Shown: piece by piece, positions 60,556-64,000 of the stretch
Layout: each line of letters begins with the position of its first letter
How positions within the stretch are numbered: the first letter of the stretch is position 1
Source of the DNA: an uncultured delta proteobacterium
Lineage (GTDB): Bacteria; Myxococcota_A; Polyangia; Fen-1088
Direction: 5' to 3'
Assembly (NCBI GenBank): GCA_963737265.1
Contig: CAVTRY010000007.1
Span: forward strand, 192,001 to 256,000
Length of the DNA: 64,000 nt
Notes under the pieces: generated by a model
Told to the model about the DNA's origin: nothing
Databases searched by the model: none
The model's input: only the letters and a program-made list of their open reading frames with translations
Position numbers and translations under genes: made by a program

Positions 60556-62808
60556 TCACTTGATGAGGAAGTTGAGAAGCACGATGGCGATGGCGCCCAC
60601 CAGCGCTCCGTAAAGATAGGTTTGAATGCGCCCAGTCTGCACCCGGCGCAAAAGGCCACCCGCCGACAGCGTCGAGTTGGCGACCAGGTTGACGGCACCG
60701 TCGACGAGGTAGCGGTCGATGGCGCCATCCAAATTGGCAAACACGCGCGTGATGGCGCCGGCCAGATTCACAAGCCCGTCGATGAGGTGTTTGTCGAACC
60801 ACGACAGCACGCGCGCCAGCGCAAGCGAGCCACGCAGGATTGTCGCCTGGTAGAGCTCGTCGACGTAGTACTTGTTGTAAACCACTGTCCACGGCCGCTT
60901 CCAGCGTTCGAGCAGGCGCGCGGGGACGTGGCTTTTGCCGTCCTTGTAGAGCAGGCGGGCGAAAAACCAACCGATGAAACCGGCCGATACGCCGATGAAT
61001 TGGAATAGAAACTCGACGGAATGCGGTTGTTCCGCAAACTTCACCACCGCTGGCAGGGCGGGCTCGAGCCACGCTTCCAGGATGGGTGCCGTGCCCGTCC
61101 AAGCGGTCGGAATGCCGAGGATGGACACCAGCACCGCGCCCGCCGCCAGCACCGCCAATACGCCGATGATCGATAGCGGTGATTCGTGCGGTGTCGCCCC
61201 GTGGCCGTGGCCGTCATCGTGGCCGCCGCCGCGGTACTCGCCGGTGAAGGTCATATAATAGCTGCGGAACATGTAGAACGACGTCCCGGTCGCCGCGATG
61301 ATTCCGATGAAATAGATAAACTGTCCGAGCCAGGGGGCAGGCCAGCCGAGGAAGGCGAGATTTTCCTGCGTGAACGCCTTCCACAAAATTTCATCCTTGG
61401 AATAGAAGCCGCTGGCCCACGGGAAGCCGGCAATGGCCCAACACGCGATGAGGTAGGTCCACTTGGTCACCGGCATGTGCTTGCCGAGCCCGCCCATCTT
61501 GCGCATGTCCTGCTCGTGGTGGCAGCCGAGAATCACCGAGCCCGAACCAAGGAACAGCGTGGCCTTGAAAAAGGCGTGAGTCAGCAAGTGATACGAGCCC
61601 GCCCAGTATGCGCCCACGCCCACGCCGATGAACATGAAGCCGAGCTGCGACACCGTGGAATAGGCCAGCACCTTCTTGATGTCGTACTGGAAAAAGCCGA
61701 TCGAGGCCGCGAACAGAGCAGTGAGCGCACCAACGAGCGCCACCCAGCCCATGGCCGTCGGCGACAGGGCGAAAATGAAATTGAGCCGGGCCACCATGTA
61801 GACACCGGCAGTGACCATCGTGGCGGCGTGGATGAGCGCGGAGACGGGCGTCGGGCCCGCCATGGCATCCGGCAGCCACACATGTAGCGGCAACTGCGCG
61901 CTCTTGCCCATGGCTCCCACAAACAGCAGGATGCCCACCATGGCCAAAAGGCCAAAGCCGAAGAGTCTTTGCTCCTTCAGTTTCTCGGCCACGCCGGTGC
62001 TGGTAATGACGACCTCATCGCGCAGCTCGCGAAAATTCAGCGTGGGGCCAATTTTGATGTCGAGGTGCTCGGAGCCTTCCGCGGCCTGAACCGCGCCGGG
62101 CGCGCTGGTCTCGGCGTAGCTCATTCGCCCGTCCGGACCCTTGCTCCACGCCCCGCCCAGTGCCCAGAAAAGCAGGAACAGGCCAAGGATGAACCCGAAG
62201 TCGCCAAAGCGGTTGACCACGAAGGCCTTCATGCCGGCGGCGGCCTTCTGCGGATCGGTGTACCAGAACGAAATCAGCAGATAGCTGCACAGTCCCACGC
62301 CTTCCCAGCCGAAGAACATGAGCACGAAGTTGTCGCCCATCACGAGCAACAACATGGAGAACACGAACAAGTTGAGATAGGCGAAGAAGCGCCAGTACGA
62401 CGGCTCGTCGGCCATGTATCCGGTCGAGAAAACGTGAATGAGCGTTCCGATGAAGGTGATGATGAGAGTCATCATCATGCTCAGCGGATCGAGCGCGAAT
62501 CCCAGATCCACCGACACCTTACCCGCGGTGAACATGTTCCACAGGGTGTCCTGCAGAAAGCGATGCTCGCCGTCGAGCCCGAGCAGGGTCGCGTAGGCGA
62601 CGCAGGCTACGGCGAACGATGCCGCCATGGCGCCGATGCCGATGCTGTGAACCAGACCCTTGCCGACCTTGCGCTGCAGACGCAGACCGATGGTTGCGTT
62701 GACAATCGCGCCCACCAGCGGAAAGAACGGGATGAGCCACAGGTAACTCACCGAGTGAGTCGCAAGCGGAACCAGATGGTGTGCGGCGTGTTCCATAGTG
62801 ATTTCCAC
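60556..62808 (-). CDS. nuoL: NADH-quinone oxidoreductase subunit L
   Basis: GWEGVGLCSYLLI, GKSAQLPLHVWLPDAMAGPTPVSALIHAATMV, QTGRIQTY. Confidence 0.95.
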   Translation of the reverse strand: MEITMEHAAHHLVPLATHSVSYLWLIPFFPLVGAIVNATIGLRLQRKVGKGLVHSIGIGAMAASFAVACVAYATLLGLDGEHRFLQDTLWNMFTAGKVSVDLGFALDPLSMMMTLIITFIGTLIHVFSTGYMADEPSYWRFFAYLNLFVFSMLLLVMGDNFVLMFFGWEGVGLCSYLLISFWYTDPQKAAAGMKAFVVNRFGDFGFILGLFLLFWALGGAWSKGPDGRMSYAETSAPGAVQAAEGSEHLDIKIGPTLNFRELRDEVVITSTGVAEKLKEQRLFGFGLLAMVGILLFVGAMGKSAQLPLHVWLPDAMAGPTPVSALIHAATMVTAGVYMVARLNFIFALSPTAMGWVALVGALTALFAASIGFFQYDIKKVLAYSTVSQLGFMFIGVGVGAYWAGSYHLLTHAFFKATLFLGSGSVILGCHHEQDMRKMGGLGKHMPVTKWTYLIACWAIAGFPWASGFYSKDEILWKAFTQENLAFLGWPAPWLGQFIYFIGIIAATGTSFYMFRSYYMTFTGEYRGGGHDDGHGHGATPHESPLSIIGVLAVLAAGAVLVSILGIPTAWTGTAPILEAWLEPALPAVVKFAEQPHSVEFLFQFIGVSAGFIGWFFARLLYKDGKSHVPARLLERWKRPWTVVYNKYYVDELYQATILRGSLALARVLSWFDKHLIDGLVNLAGAITRVFANLDGAIDRYLVDGAVNLVANSTLSAGGLLRRVQTGRIQTYLYGALVGAIAIVLLNFLIK

Positions 62809-62817
62809 GACGAGCGA

Positions 62818-63129
62818 CTATTGCTTCAGTGTCGTGGCCCGCGACGCATCGATGTTGCGTAGCATTTGGTAAATAGTGAGGATGATGGCCAGGCCCACGG
62901 CGGCCTCGGCGGCGGCAAGCACGATGACGAAGAGGCCGAAGACCTGGCCCGAAATGCCGCCCGCAACGTAGCGGCCGAACGCCACCAGGTTGAGGTTGGC
63001 GGCGTTGAGAATCAGCTCGATGCCCATGAGCACGGCGACCGCATTGCGACGGGTGACCACGGCGAGCAGGCCAAACCCGAAAAGCAGCGCGCCAATAACG
63101 AGAAAATGATTGAGGGTGAGATTTGCCAT
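62818..63129 (-). CDS. nuoK: NADH-quinone oxidoreductase subunit K
   Basis: LMGIELILNAANLN, AAAEAAVGLAI. Confidence 0.95.
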   Translation of the reverse strand: MANLTLNHFLVIGALLFGFGLLAVVTRRNAVAVLMGIELILNAANLNLVAFGRYVAGGISGQVFGLFVIVLAAAEAAVGLAIILTIYQMLRNIDASRATTLKQ

Positions 63130-63146
63130 GTTTGTTCGCCCCAGCG

Positions 63147-63653
63147 TTAATCGTCGGACTTCACTTCCTTGCGGGCGATCACAATCGCGCCGATCAAGGT
63201 TGCAAGCAGCACGACCGATACGACTTCGAATGGCAACAGCCACGTGCCGAGCAGACCGTTGCCGATGGCGGCGGTGGTGGCGACCACCGGTGGCTTATCG
63301 GTCAGTTTCCACGGCGCCCAGATGGCCGCGAAGGAAAGCATGGTCGCCACGACGAGAAAGACCACGCAACCGCCGACGAGCCCCATGCTGCGGTTGGAGA
63401 CGTTGATGTCCTGAATCTGGCTCGTCAGCATGACGGCGAAGATAATCAGCACGAGCACGCCGCCGATGTAGACCAGCACTTGGGTGATGGCGACGAAATC
63501 CGCCGACAGGAGAACGTAGAGGCCGCCCACGCCGACGAGACACGACAGAAGGCCCATGGCGCTCCAGAAGATATTGCGCGACAGGGCTACGCCGCCGGCG
63601 CCGCCAAGCGTGGCGAGGGCAAGAAATAGGAAGATGATGAGCTCGGGTTGCAT
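63147..63653 (-). CDS. nuoJ: NADH-quinone oxidoreductase subunit J
   Basis: ADFVAITQVLVYIGG, LLPFEVVSVVLL. Confidence 0.94.
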   Translation of the reverse strand: MQPELIIFLFLALATLGGAGGVALSRNIFWSAMGLLSCLVGVGGLYVLLSADFVAITQVLVYIGGVLVLIIFAVMLTSQIQDINVSNRSMGLVGGCVVFLVVATMLSFAAIWAPWKLTDKPPVVATTAAIGNGLLGTWLLPFEVVSVVLLATLIGAIVIARKEVKSDD

Positions 63654-63692
63654 GCCTAGGTGCCTTCCCTAATCCGAATTCTAATCTTTCGT

Positions 63693-64000
63693 CTAATCTT
63701 TCTTAGGGCCGCCAGGAAAAACGCCAGGAGACGCTATCCACGAACGCTCCGCCATGCGTTTGCGCAGGATTTCGCCGACCGGAGCGCGGGGTGCGTCCTG
63801 GCCCTTGACGGGCCGGTAGAACGGCACTGGCTTTTCCGCATCGGGCACCCAGCGAAAGACCAGGCTGTCGATAGCCTTCATGGTGGATTCGAATTCGCGC
63901 GTGTGCTGGATGGCGCCGGTGGGGCACGGCTCGACGCACAGGCCGCAGAACATGCACTTCGATTCGTCGATGTCGAACTGGGCGATGACCCGCTGCTTGG
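63693..64000 (-). CDS. nuoI: NADH-quinone oxidoreductase subunit I, C-terminal part
   Basis: FDIDESKCMFCGLCVEPCPTGAI; directly upstream of nuoJ. Confidence 0.85.
   Translation of the reverse strand, partial: KQRVIAQFDIDESKCMFCGLCVEPCPTGAIQHTREFESTMKAIDSLVFRWVPDAEKPVPFYRPVKGQDAPRAPVGEILRKRMAERSWIASPGVFPGGPKKD

Overview
High-GC bacterial chromosomal window whose gene content (Glt-like TPR/PglI cluster, SWIM-SNF2 helicase, Cys-rich lipoproteins) points to a Myxococcota/Polyangia-like organism (inference). Housekeeping content: icd, holB-ricT-metG, pspA, apgM, rplU-rpmA-obgE, ampG, aspartate kinase, two Hsp20 genes and nuoI(partial)JKLMN. More unusual content: (i) a PlsA-like double-ATPase activator next to a PlsR-like reductase fused in-frame to a complete GltD/NfnL-type NAD(P)H flavo-Fe-S module plus a ferredoxin domain, a candidate self-supplied anaerobic ether-lipid/plasmalogen synthase; (ii) an integrase-less integron array (attI-like site, four attC sites, two inverted toxin-antitoxin cassettes, one lipoprotein cassette) hit by an attC-inserted group II intron that is truncated at an ISKra4 element; (iii) a motor-less Glt/Nfs paralog cluster followed by an outer-membrane barrel and diacetamido-uronic-acid sugar genes; (iv) an orphan FliA-type sigma plus SctJ pair; (v) small palindromic elements and a recurring leaderless-promoter signature. 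Several 1-bp frameshifts, including one in the essential metG, suggest residual assembly indels. No rRNA, tRNA or CRISPR array was seen. All calls come from reading the sequence; no searches were run.
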